Shown here in pieces: positions 1 through 7,936 of a stretch of DNA of 39,386 nt (position 1 is its first letter; the number at the start of each line of letters is the position of its first letter). Location: the IMG/VR virus record IMGVR_UViG_3300012948_000007, positions 1 through 39,386 of that record; one strand, written 5' to 3'. The translations under genes and the position numbers were made by a program. Under the pieces are notes generated by a model, which was not told the origin of the DNA, ran no database searches, and was given only the letters and a program-made list of their open reading frames with translations. This DNA is from a virus. Its lineage: Duplodnaviria; Caudoviricetes.

Positions 1-123
1 CAGGACGACACCACGATCGCGATCTCGAAATCATTCAAGGCCGGCTTTAATACTGGGATCACTTTTGCGAAGGCAAACACGTCTTGCTTTCCATGTGTCC
101 AGGAAATAAACAAAGCAGTCGAA
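1..123 (+). repeat. Terminal direct repeat, copy 1 (circular assembly overlap)
   Basis: Identical to 39264-39386. Confidence 0.95.
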
Positions 124-285
124 GAAATGTATAAGCTCGTCCCAAAATTGCCCGACGACTGAAACAAATTTCTGTGACGCGCGAATCGAGGAAGTTGACG
201 TCGCAGGACCGCGCGACCTCGAGGGCCAACGCACTCTAAGCTTAAGAGGTCGCGCGCGAAATCATCGCACCCGTGGAAATTGACC

Positions 286-987
286 ATGAGTGGAATGCTG
301 GCCGGCCAGGTGTGGCGCTCGGCGCTCAGTCATCGACTGAAACCATTAACCGCGGCGCTCGCGGACCTGGCACGTGATGATGGCTCGGGGATCTTCGCGT
401 CGGTGGCTTATCTGGCGTGGCTCGTCGGAATTAAAGAGCGCGCGGTCCAGTATCAACTCGCGCAGCTGCGTCGCTTGCAAATCATCGTGGCCGAAAGTGG
501 CGCGCGCGGCGGCCGACTGAGCACGCGCTATCGAATGCTGAGCGGAAATTTACCGGCACGCGCGGCCTGGTCTGAAGCAATCGCCAGGGGTGCAACCAGT
601 TGCACCCCTAACGATCGGAAATTGCACCCCAGGGGTGAAACCAGTTGCACCCCAGGGGTGCACGCAGTTGCACCCGATCCGTTAGTTGATCCGTTAGTTG
701 ATCCGTTAGATACGGCGCGCGCAAATTTATTAACGCGAAAACAAAATCGACGCGCACCTTGGCAGAATGTCGGCCGCAATCATTTCGCAAGATCCCCAGG
801 GCCGAATCGACTGCAACGGGCGGTGGCCATGATTGACCAGGAAATCGACAGCAAACAAATTTCGTATGACCAGGCGCTCGCGGAGCTGCGCACGCGGCCT
901 GAGTTTCAGGACCAACGACCCGGCGAGAACTTCGTCGGCTTGGTGGGCTTTTACTTAAAGCAAACGCGCGCGGTAAAACTAGCGTGA
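286..987 (+). CDS. HTH replication initiator-like protein (lambda O-like architecture)
   Basis: N-terminal wHTH (SVAYLAWLVGIKERAVQYQLAQL); internal iteron array; ATG at 286 (track start 280). Confidence 0.7.
   Translation: MSGMLAGQVWRSALSHRLKPLTAALADLARDDGSGIFASVAYLAWLVGIKERAVQYQLAQLRRLQIIVAESGARGGRLSTRYRMLSGNLPARAAWSEAIARGATSCTPNDRKLHPRGETSCTPGVHAVAPDPLVDPLVDPLDTARANLLTRKQNRRAPWQNVGRNHFARSPGPNRLQRAVAMIDQEIDSKQISYDQALAELRTRPEFQDQRPGENFVGLVGFYLKQTRAVKLA
586..750. repeat. Putative replication origin (iterons, 12-mers and AT-rich tract)
   Basis: AGGGGTGCAACCAGTTGCACCCC-type units at 586-608, 631-653 and 654-675, a half unit at 622-630; GATCCGTTAG(T/A)T x3 at 676-711; AT-rich tract follows. Confidence 0.75.
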
Positions 988-1367
988 TCGGACGCAGCTT
1001 AAAACGAATGCCGCCGGCGCCGCTCATGAGCGAGGATCAACTCGGCTGGTCAATTCGCGATGCGTGCGAGCTGCATGGCTGGCGGTTTTTATGGCTGCGC
1101 AAAACTTACAACTCGAGCGCCGGCATTCTCGATCTACTTTTGATCCCGTTGCGACCAGGACGGCGAGGTCGGACCGCACTCGATCCAATTATGGGCGAGC
1201 GGCATATTTTGCACCGCGAGCTAAAGGGTCACGACGCGCAAGGGCGCCTGGGCACTGTGACCGACGAACAAGAGATCACGATCGAAGCAATTAACCAGGC
1301 CGGCGGTGACGCCGCGGTGTGGATCCCCGCTGACTGGCCTGACAAAATCCTGGCAGAGTTAGAATAG
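984..1367 (+). CDS. VRR-NUC-like PD-(D/E)xK nuclease
   Basis: SE..L; G(I)LDL; ELKG...G.VT.EQ; G.AAVW.P.DW pattern; start may be ATG 1008 or 1026. Confidence 0.7.
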   Translation: MIGRSLKRMPPAPLMSEDQLGWSIRDACELHGWRFLWLRKTYNSSAGILDLLLIPLRPGRRGRTALDPIMGERHILHRELKGHDAQGRLGTVTDEQEITIEAINQAGGDAAVWIPADWPDKILAELE

Positions 1368-1409
1368 GAAAAAGCCCCGTGGTAAAAGCTGAGAAGGAGA
1401 AACGACAAC

Positions 1410-2072
1410 ATGCAAACCGAAACCGAACTCGTCAAAACTTATCGCCCCGAGTTGCCACTATTGCCCCGCCGAATGCGTCGCTTGCCAGTCGAGCGCGGTT
1501 ATCCCGTGCCGTGGTTTGTGGCCTTCGTCGATGGTCATTTCGATTTTCGTGTTCAGGACCAAGAAAAGCGTTGGCGTGCGCTGCGTGAAAAGCGTTGCTG
1601 GTTATGCGGCGATTTCCTGGGCGCTTATCTGGCGTTTGTGATCGGACCGATGTGCGCGATCAATCGCACCTCGAGCGAGCCACCTTCACACCGCGAGTGC
1701 GCTGAGTTCGCGGTCCTCGCTTGTCCGTTTCTCAATCTCCAGGAAGCCGAGCGGCGTATCTCTCGAATTCCTGGCGCCGCGCAGTTGCCTCCCGGCGTGA
1801 TGATCGAGCGCAATCCTGGTGTCGTGCTGATCTGGATCACAAAAACGATGCGACCCTTTCGGGTCGAGCCCGACTATCTAATCACGATCGGCGATCCTGA
1901 CTCGCTTTCATTCTGGCGCGAGGGCCGACCGGCCACGCGTGACGAAATCATGGAGTCAATCGAGAGTGGTTATCCGCTACTCTGGCAAGCGGCCGAAAAG
2001 GGTGGGCCGCGCGTGATCGCTGACCTGGAAAGACGCAAAGCCGCGGCCTTGGGATTATTGCCGGCGGCCTGA
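1410..2072 (+). CDS. Phage hypothetical protein with Cys/His metal-binding motifs
   Basis: AAGGAG RBS; RGYPVPWFV, CWLCG and EPPSH.EC...ACPFL motifs. Confidence 0.75.
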   Translation: MQTETELVKTYRPELPLLPRRMRRLPVERGYPVPWFVAFVDGHFDFRVQDQEKRWRALREKRCWLCGDFLGAYLAFVIGPMCAINRTSSEPPSHRECAEFAVLACPFLNLQEAERRISRIPGAAQLPPGVMIERNPGVVLIWITKTMRPFRVEPDYLITIGDPDSLSFWREGRPATRDEIMESIESGYPLLWQAAEKGGPRVIADLERRKAAALGLLPAA

Positions 2073-2107
2073 AACACTTTCACCCTCGAAACGGCTGGAC
2101 CCCTGGG

Positions 2108-2569
2108 ATGGTCTTTTCGGCGGTACGCCCGATCTCTAAAAAGACTCGCCGGCGCGAATTATCTCGCCGGGCGCCCGACATTGAGATCCTGCAGCTGGCG
2201 CGCGAGCTCGACATGCTGGCCGAGCGCTTTCCGCGATTCTCACCACGCATAAACCGCTTGACCTACTTGGTTCGTTTTCAGCTGCGACCGCAACGCATCA
2301 AGCAGAAACTTATCAGGACCGCGCTACACAAGTTTGATTGTTTGGCCTTGGACGAAATTGTCGACGAAACCGATCTCGACCTCAGCGCGGTGGTCGAATC
2401 GCTGGCCCCTATGATTCGCCGAAAACAAGTCGAGCTTTGCTTGCGCAATGGCGCGCGCTATCAGGCGCCCGCCGGCGCGCACACTGACAGCCTCGGGCGC
2501 CAACTTAATTCACTGAATCGGGTCGCCCCGATTGCGATCTTTTTTCGCTTGTCGAAACGCGGTGACTGA
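2108..2569 (+). CDS. Basic hypothetical protein, possible wHTH regulator
   Basis: LALDEIVDETDLDLSAVVESLAPM helix-turn-helix-like segment; stop overlaps next start. Confidence 0.55.
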   Translation: MVFSAVRPISKKTRRRELSRRAPDIEILQLARELDMLAERFPRFSPRINRLTYLVRFQLRPQRIKQKLIRTALHKFDCLALDEIVDETDLDLSAVVESLAPMIRRKQVELCLRNGARYQAPAGAHTDSLGRQLNSLNRVAPIAIFFRLSKRGD

Positions 2570-3512
2570 CTCACTGACAATCTTAGAAGGCGACGCATTG
2601 TCGCAGCTGCGCGAGCTTGAGGCCGAGAGCGTGCAAGCGTGCGTCACGTCGCCGCCTTACTGGGGTCTGCGTGATTATGGTCATGTGCGACAAATAGGAC
2701 TCGAGGCCACACCCGATCTTTATGTCGCGCACCTAGTCGAAGTCTTTGCCGAGGTCAAGCGAGTCCTGCGCAGTGATGCGACCCTCTGGCTTAACCTCGG
2801 CGATACGTTTTTCGGTGACGCACCCACGCGCACTGACTCGAGTCGTAATGGTGGCAAGCGTCGAAGCAAGGCACGCATTCAGGACCTTAAACCTAAAGAC
2901 CTAGTGGGCATTCCGTGGCTAGTCGCTTTCGCGTTGCGTGCCAATGGTTGGTGGCTGCGGTCCGATATTGTTTGGGCCAAGCCGAATGTCATGCCTGAGT
3001 CAGTTAAGGATCGACCAACGCGCGCGCATGAATTCGTGTTCCTCTTAACCAAGTCACCGCGCTACTACTACAACGCCGAGGCCATTGTCGAACGGGCTAA
3101 CTATGATGGTCGCACTAAGACTATGTTTGAAGGTGGCGTTAAGTACCAGGACGATGCTCAATACATGCCCCACGAAAAAGCCAACACTTCGAGCTTCACT
3201 GGTCATGAGCGTTGGCGATGTGATGGCAATGGTCAGCACATTCGCAACGCGCGATCGGTGTGGCATATAGCCAACGAAGGCTTTGAGGGCGCGCACTTCG
3301 CCACCTTTCCGACCAGGTTGCCGCGGCGGTGCATCCTGGCTGGCAGTAAGCCCGGCGATGTGATCCTGGACCCGTTCGCTGGCTCAGGCACGACCGGCAA
3401 GGTGGCCCTCGAGCTCGGACGCAAAGCGATCTTGATTGAAGCAAAGCGCGAATACATTGCGATGATCGAAGAGCGATGCCGTCACACGACGGTCGGCCTC
3501 CCGTTCGGGTGA
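2562..3512 (+). CDS. DNA methyltransferase, N4/N6 beta class
   Basis: TSPPYW motif IV; DPFAGSGTTG motif I; GTG start at 2562. Confidence 0.93.
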   Translation: MTDSLTILEGDALSQLRELEAESVQACVTSPPYWGLRDYGHVRQIGLEATPDLYVAHLVEVFAEVKRVLRSDATLWLNLGDTFFGDAPTRTDSSRNGGKRRSKARIQDLKPKDLVGIPWLVAFALRANGWWLRSDIVWAKPNVMPESVKDRPTRAHEFVFLLTKSPRYYYNAEAIVERANYDGRTKTMFEGGVKYQDDAQYMPHEKANTSSFTGHERWRCDGNGQHIRNARSVWHIANEGFEGAHFATFPTRLPRRCILAGSKPGDVILDPFAGSGTTGKVALELGRKAILIEAKREYIAMIEERCRHTTVGLPFG

Positions 3513-3540
3513 GCAACTGCGAGGCGCGCGCTATAACTTT

Positions 3541-3590
3541 GGGTCCTTCCTGGAATCGTGCGCGCGGAACGGGTAACGCGCGACCGTGAG
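3541..3590 (+). other. Putative cos site (cosQ plus cosN)
   Basis: GGGTCCT (lambda cosQ) at 3541; GGG-starting 12-mer at 3571, the same 30-bp spacing as lambda; gpA-type terminase present. Confidence 0.6.
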
Positions 3591-3653
3591 GCCGCTCTAG
3601 CGCCAGGAAAAAAGTTGACTTTCAACAACAAGCGCAAAGGAGAAATCAAAATC

Positions 3654-3770
3654 ATGGCGAAAATAGGATTCTTGATCGCGGCGGCGGTCATTTTTTCCGT
3701 CGATGCGGTGCGCTCGAAATCCCTGGTCTCCGCTGGGCTGGCGGTTTTGTCGATCGGCCTCGTGGTCTAA
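3654..3770 (+). CDS. Small membrane protein (38 aa)
   Basis: AAGGAG RBS; two hydrophobic segments. Confidence 0.6.
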   Translation: MAKIGFLIAAAVIFSVDAVRSKSLVSAGLAVLSIGLVV

Positions 3771-3773
3771 GCG

Positions 3774-4385
3774 ATGATCAATTCACGAATCACAGTTTCG
3801 CTCACGGGCTCGACTCAATTCGACAAGCAAGCGAATTTTGCGCTCGCCTCGTCGCTCACGCTGGTCGCCAAAGAAATTCAGCTCGGCGTGATCAAACAAA
3901 TCGAGTCATCGTTCGCGGTGCGCTCGGGCTGGGACAAGCCCTCGAATATTTTTGGCGTGCGAGTTAAGCCGGCAACTAAGCAGGACCTGAGCGCCTGGAT
4001 CGGGACCGCGGCCGACTGGCTCGAAAAGTTTATCCAGCAACCCGCCGGCGCGATCGTGGTTAAGTTGCCGCAAGGTGAATTCCTGGCGATCCCGACTAAG
4101 AATGTGCGCCGCACAAAGCGCGACATTATTTCGCGCGCGCAGCGACCTCGAGCGCTCATGGGCAAGCGCGACTTTATCCTGGTCACGCGTCGAGGCCTGC
4201 ACATTCTCATGCAACGCCGCGGCCGCGGTCAGGCGAGTTACCTGGTCCCGCTTTATTTCCTGGTCAAGCGCGCGCGCATTCGTGAGAAAGATTTCCTGGC
4301 CGGTCCGAGCGAGCAAATTTTCGGCAAGCGATTCTTGGACATATTCACCGACCAACTGCAGAAGGCTTACCGGACCGCGAAATGA
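3774..4385 (+). CDS. Phage morphogenesis protein, possibly gpZ-like tail completion
   Basis: KQANFALASSLT...VKPATKQDL pattern typical of cos-adjacent proteins; basic. Confidence 0.5.
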   Translation: MINSRITVSLTGSTQFDKQANFALASSLTLVAKEIQLGVIKQIESSFAVRSGWDKPSNIFGVRVKPATKQDLSAWIGTAADWLEKFIQQPAGAIVVKLPQGEFLAIPTKNVRRTKRDIISRAQRPRALMGKRDFILVTRRGLHILMQRRGRGQASYLVPLYFLVKRARIREKDFLAGPSEQIFGKRFLDIFTDQLQKAYRTAK

Positions 4386-5845
4386 AAAACGCCAAAACGA
4401 AAACTCGAGCGAAACGATTGCGCACGATCCGCGATCTGGTATTCGACGACAAGAATGCGAACCGCGGCACTGACCGGGGCCGCCAGCTGGTCGGGCATTC
4501 ACTCGAGCGCTACGGCGCCGGACGCTCAGTCCTGGCCGACAAACACGGCAAGCTAATCGCCGGAAACAAAACGGTCGAGAAGGCCCTCGCACTCAACAAA
4601 AAAATCCTGGTCGTGCCGACTAAAGGCGACGAGCTGGTGGTCGTGCAGCGCACCGATCTCGACATGGACCAGGATCACGCCGCGCGCGAGCTGGCCATCG
4701 CCGACAATCGCGCCGGCGAGCTGGGGCTCGAGTGGGACCCTGAAATGCTGCAGCTACTCCAGGACCAAGGCGCGAACCTCGAGGGCATGTTTAGTGACGC
4801 CGAACTCGAGGCGATTCTCACGCCGATCGACGCCAACGGCGGCCCCGAAGAGAACATCGAATTCGACCGCGCGGCCGAATTCCAAAAAAAGTGGAAGGTT
4901 AAGCCCGGGGACTTATGGACCATCGGACCGCATCGCTTGCTTTGTGGTGACTGCCGCGACGCCGGCCAGGTCAGGAAAGCGATCGGCAAGGCAAAAATCA
5001 ACGTCGCAATCACGAGTCCACCTTATGCGGAGCAACGCGCCTATGATGCGGCGAGCGGCTTCGCGCCCGTGCCACCAAAAAAATATGTCGAGTGGTTTAA
5101 GCCGGTCAGCGAGAACGTCGCGACGCACCTGGCAAGCGATGGCAGTTGGTTCGTGAATATCAAGCCGGCAGGACACGAGCTCGACACGGATCTCTATGTT
5201 TTCGATTTAGTGATCACGCACGCGCGCGACTGGGGCTGGCACTTCGCCACCGAGTTTTGTTGGGAGCGCGTCGGCGTGCCGAAACATGTGGCTCTGCGTT
5301 TTAAGAATCAGTTCGAGCCCGTCTATCAGTTCACTCGAGGTCGCTGGAAAATTCGCGCCGAGCATGTTCGCCACGCCAGTGATGCAATGGTCATCCCGTT
5401 TGGCAAGGGCGCCGGTAACACGGGCTGGGATCGCTGGCAAGGGACCGGGCGCCCGTTTATCAACAAAAATCAGATTCGCCGATCGCGCAACTCAAAGCGC
5501 GGCGATTCTATGTCGAAGCTGCAAGGCCTGCGCTCGCTCGAGCCCGGGGCCTTTATCGCTCAAGGCTGGGCTTATCCTGGAAACCGCTTGCCCACCTTTG
5601 TCGCGAGTCACGACCTGACCGGGCACAGTGCCGCTTTCCCGGTCGGCTTGCCGGCGTTTTTTATCAAAGCCTTTTCGGACCCTGGCGATCTGGTTTACGA
5701 ACCCTTCGCCGGTTCGGGATCGACACTGGTCGCGGCGCAACAAAATGAGCGGCGCGCATTCGGGATCGAAATCAGTCCGAAATATTGCGCGCTGACCCTT
5801 GAGCGCATGACCCGCGCCTTTCCCGATCTCAAGCTCAAACGATGA
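4382..5845 (+). CDS. ParB-like N-domain fused to DNA methyltransferase (SPPY)
   Basis: N-terminal NAN..SL.RYG.GRS...IAGN...IADNR; TSPPY; EPFAGSGSTL. Confidence 0.9.
   Translation: MKNAKTKTRAKRLRTIRDLVFDDKNANRGTDRGRQLVGHSLERYGAGRSVLADKHGKLIAGNKTVEKALALNKKILVVPTKGDELVVVQRTDLDMDQDHAARELAIADNRAGELGLEWDPEMLQLLQDQGANLEGMFSDAELEAILTPIDANGGPEENIEFDRAAEFQKKWKVKPGDLWTIGPHRLLCGDCRDAGQVRKAIGKAKINVAITSPPYAEQRAYDAASGFAPVPPKKYVEWFKPVSENVATHLASDGSWFVNIKPAGHELDTDLYVFDLVITHARDWGWHFATEFCWERVGVPKHVALRFKNQFEPVYQFTRGRWKIRAEHVRHASDAMVIPFGKGAGNTGWDRWQGTGRPFINKNQIRRSRNSKRGDSMSKLQGLRSLEPGAFIAQGWAYPGNRLPTFVASHDLTGHSAAFPVGLPAFFIKAFSDPGDLVYEPFAGSGSTLVAAQQNERRAFGIEISPKYCALTLERMTRAFPDLKLKR
4452..4767 (+). repeat. Direct repeat of about 316 bp, copy 1 (ParB-like domain)
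   Basis: Near-identical to 5897-6212, about 7 mismatches by eye. Confidence 0.9.
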
Positions 5846-7194
5846 CCACCCGAACAAAAAAACTGCGCAGCATTCGCGACCTGGTACTCGACGACCAGAA
5901 TGCGAACCGCGGCACTGACCGGGGCCGCCAGCTGGTCGGGCATTCACTCGAGCGCTACGGCGCCGGGCGCTCAGTCCTGGCCGACAAACACGGCAAGCTA
6001 ATCGCCGGCAACAAAACGGTCGAGAAGGCCCTCGAGCTCAACAAAAAAATCCTGGTCGTGCCGACTAAAGGCGACGAGCTGGTGGTCGTGCAGCGCACCG
6101 ATCTCGACATGGACCAGGATCACGCCGCGCGTGAGCTGGCCATCGCCGACAATCGCGCCGGCGAGCTCGGCCTCGAGTGGGACCCTGAAATGCTGCAGCT
6201 ACTCCAGGACCAGGGCGTCGCCCTTGATGCGATGTTCGACCCGCGCGAGCTTGAGGAAATCATCGCGCGCGGTCCTGGCGACGACGACCAGGACGAAGAA
6301 GATCTCGAAATCGAAATCGACCAGGGCGGCGAGCTGCAAAAAAAATGGAAAGTTAAGCGCGGCGAGCTTTGGCAAATAGGACCGCACCGACTGATGTGCG
6401 GCGACGCCACCAAACCTGAGGACCTGGCGCAACTCATGGGCGACGACCAGGCCACGCTTTTGATCACCGATCCCCCGTATAACGTCGCGAAGCGTTATAG
6501 CGACAAAGTGAATGACGAAAAATCGCGCGCCGACTATCAAAATTTTTTGCGCACCTGGTTCTCGCTTTGGCAAGCGGTCAGCGAACGCCAGATCGTGACC
6601 ATCGGGCGCCGGCGATTCGAGGAGGGCTTCTGGCTCGGACTGGCACTAAAGGCGACGGGCTGCTGGATTAAAACGAATGCGGTTTCGCGTGGGCGGGTGA
6701 CGCAATCGTCCTGCTGGGAACCGCTCATCTTTGCCGGCGAGCGTTGGGACCGCACGCGCCCGAACGATGTTTTTGATTTCCCGATCGGCGCGCAAAGTGA
6801 ATCGCAAGTCGCGAATCATCCTTGCCCGAAGCCGCTCAAGTTTTGGTTGCACCTGATCGATCAATATTCCAGCAAAGGCGAGCTCGTCGCCGATGCGTTT
6901 GGCGGGACTGGCACGACGATCGCGGCCTGCGCTGCACTTGAGCGCGTTGCGCGCGTCATGGAAATCGAGCCCAAGTGGTGCGCCGTTACGCTCGAGCGCA
7001 TGACTAAGGCTTTTCCTGGTCTCGAAATAGGGCTCAAAACGCCTACTTTGCGCAAAATTGACCGTCAGCGAGTTCGACCCCCGAAAGGCGGCAATGGTAT
7101 TCGCAAGGCCCGGAAAACGCCCCGGGCGATACCCCCTGGCGACGTTTTGCAGCTAAAACGGAATGGCAGCGAAAAGAAGTCGAGCCGGCGCTAA
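5842..7194 (+). CDS. ParB-like N-domain fused to DNA methyltransferase (DPPY)
   Basis: Same N-domain; TDPPYN; HPCPKP; DAFGGTGTT. Confidence 0.9.
   Translation: MTTRTKKLRSIRDLVLDDQNANRGTDRGRQLVGHSLERYGAGRSVLADKHGKLIAGNKTVEKALELNKKILVVPTKGDELVVVQRTDLDMDQDHAARELAIADNRAGELGLEWDPEMLQLLQDQGVALDAMFDPRELEEIIARGPGDDDQDEEDLEIEIDQGGELQKKWKVKRGELWQIGPHRLMCGDATKPEDLAQLMGDDQATLLITDPPYNVAKRYSDKVNDEKSRADYQNFLRTWFSLWQAVSERQIVTIGRRRFEEGFWLGLALKATGCWIKTNAVSRGRVTQSSCWEPLIFAGERWDRTRPNDVFDFPIGAQSESQVANHPCPKPLKFWLHLIDQYSSKGELVADAFGGTGTTIAACAALERVARVMEIEPKWCAVTLERMTKAFPGLEIGLKTPTLRKIDRQRVRPPKGGNGIRKARKTPRAIPPGDVLQLKRNGSEKKSSRR
5897..6212 (+). repeat. Direct repeat of about 316 bp, copy 2
   Basis: Offset 1445 bp from copy 1. 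Confidence 0.9.
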
Positions 7195-7645
7195 AACTGC
7201 GTCGATCTCCGCGCTGCATCGCAAGACTGGATTGTCGCGCGCGACCATTGCCGAACGTCTCCAGGCCGCCAAGGTCAAACCGAAAAGCACGAAGCCGACC
7301 GAGAAGCTTTACGACCTCGAGGCGGCCACGATCGCGCTGGGCGGCAACGGTCGCGAACCTTCAGGACTTACCGAAGCGCGACGAAAGAAAACGATCGCCG
7401 AAGCTGCGCGCATCACGCTGAAGCTGCAAAAGGAGCGCGGCGATCTGGTCGCCCTTTCCGATGTGCGCCAACACGCGTTCGAGTTAATCAAGGCGATGTA
7501 TACCAGGATCGCGCGCCGCTACCCCCGCGAGAATGCCCGGCGCCTGCGCAAGTGTCGCAGCGAAGCCGATCTTGCGCACACGATGGAAGTGGATCTTGCT
7601 TTAATTTTCGACGAGCTCAAGCGGGACTATCCGCAAATTTTTTGA
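7163..7645 (+). CDS. terS: Terminase small subunit (Nu1-like)
   Basis: N-terminal HTH, YDL motif, coiled coil ending ERGDLV; upstream of TerL. Confidence 0.8.
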   Translation: MAAKRSRAGAKTASISALHRKTGLSRATIAERLQAAKVKPKSTKPTEKLYDLEAATIALGGNGREPSGLTEARRKKTIAEAARITLKLQKERGDLVALSDVRQHAFELIKAMYTRIARRYPRENARRLRKCRSEADLAHTMEVDLALIFDELKRDYPQIF

Positions 7646-7657
7646 CGAGGTGAAACG

Positions 7658-7936
7658 ATGACCCAAAACGACGACGAAAAATTGATTCAGAACGCGGCGG
7701 CCGAAATGAAAGATCGCGCCGACGATCCCGTGCTGATCGAAACTACTCTTAAGAATCTGATCCCAGTGATCTCAATTCTGCAACTCGGCTTGCGGCATCC
7801 TGCAACGGCCACCATGCCCACCGCGAAGATGGCGCGTGAATTTTGCGAAGGCTTGATCGAAGTCATCGCACCTAAAATCTCGAGCGACTTACACCACCTG
7901 TTAATGCTGGGCTTTGATCCAGCTCACGATCAATGA
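7658..7936 (+). CDS. Hypothetical protein between terS and terL
   Basis: GAGGTG RBS; ATGA overlap with terL. Confidence 0.7.
   Translation: MTQNDDEKLIQNAAAEMKDRADDPVLIETTLKNLIPVISILQLGLRHPATATMPTAKMAREFCEGLIEVIAPKISSDLHHLLMLGFDPAHDQ

Noticed and set aside
1-123. Physical direct terminal repeat of the virion
   Set aside because: Falls mid-gene and fits an assembler overlap; gpA-type terminase and the cos-like site point to cohesive ends elsewhere
4452-6212. Diversity-generating retroelement TR/VR pair
   Set aside because: No reverse transcriptase; mismatches are not adenine-restricted and are mostly synonymous; both copies are coding
2562-7194. Complete restriction-modification system
   Set aside because: No cognate restriction endonuclease recognised; the 984 nuclease is the common VRR-NUC type
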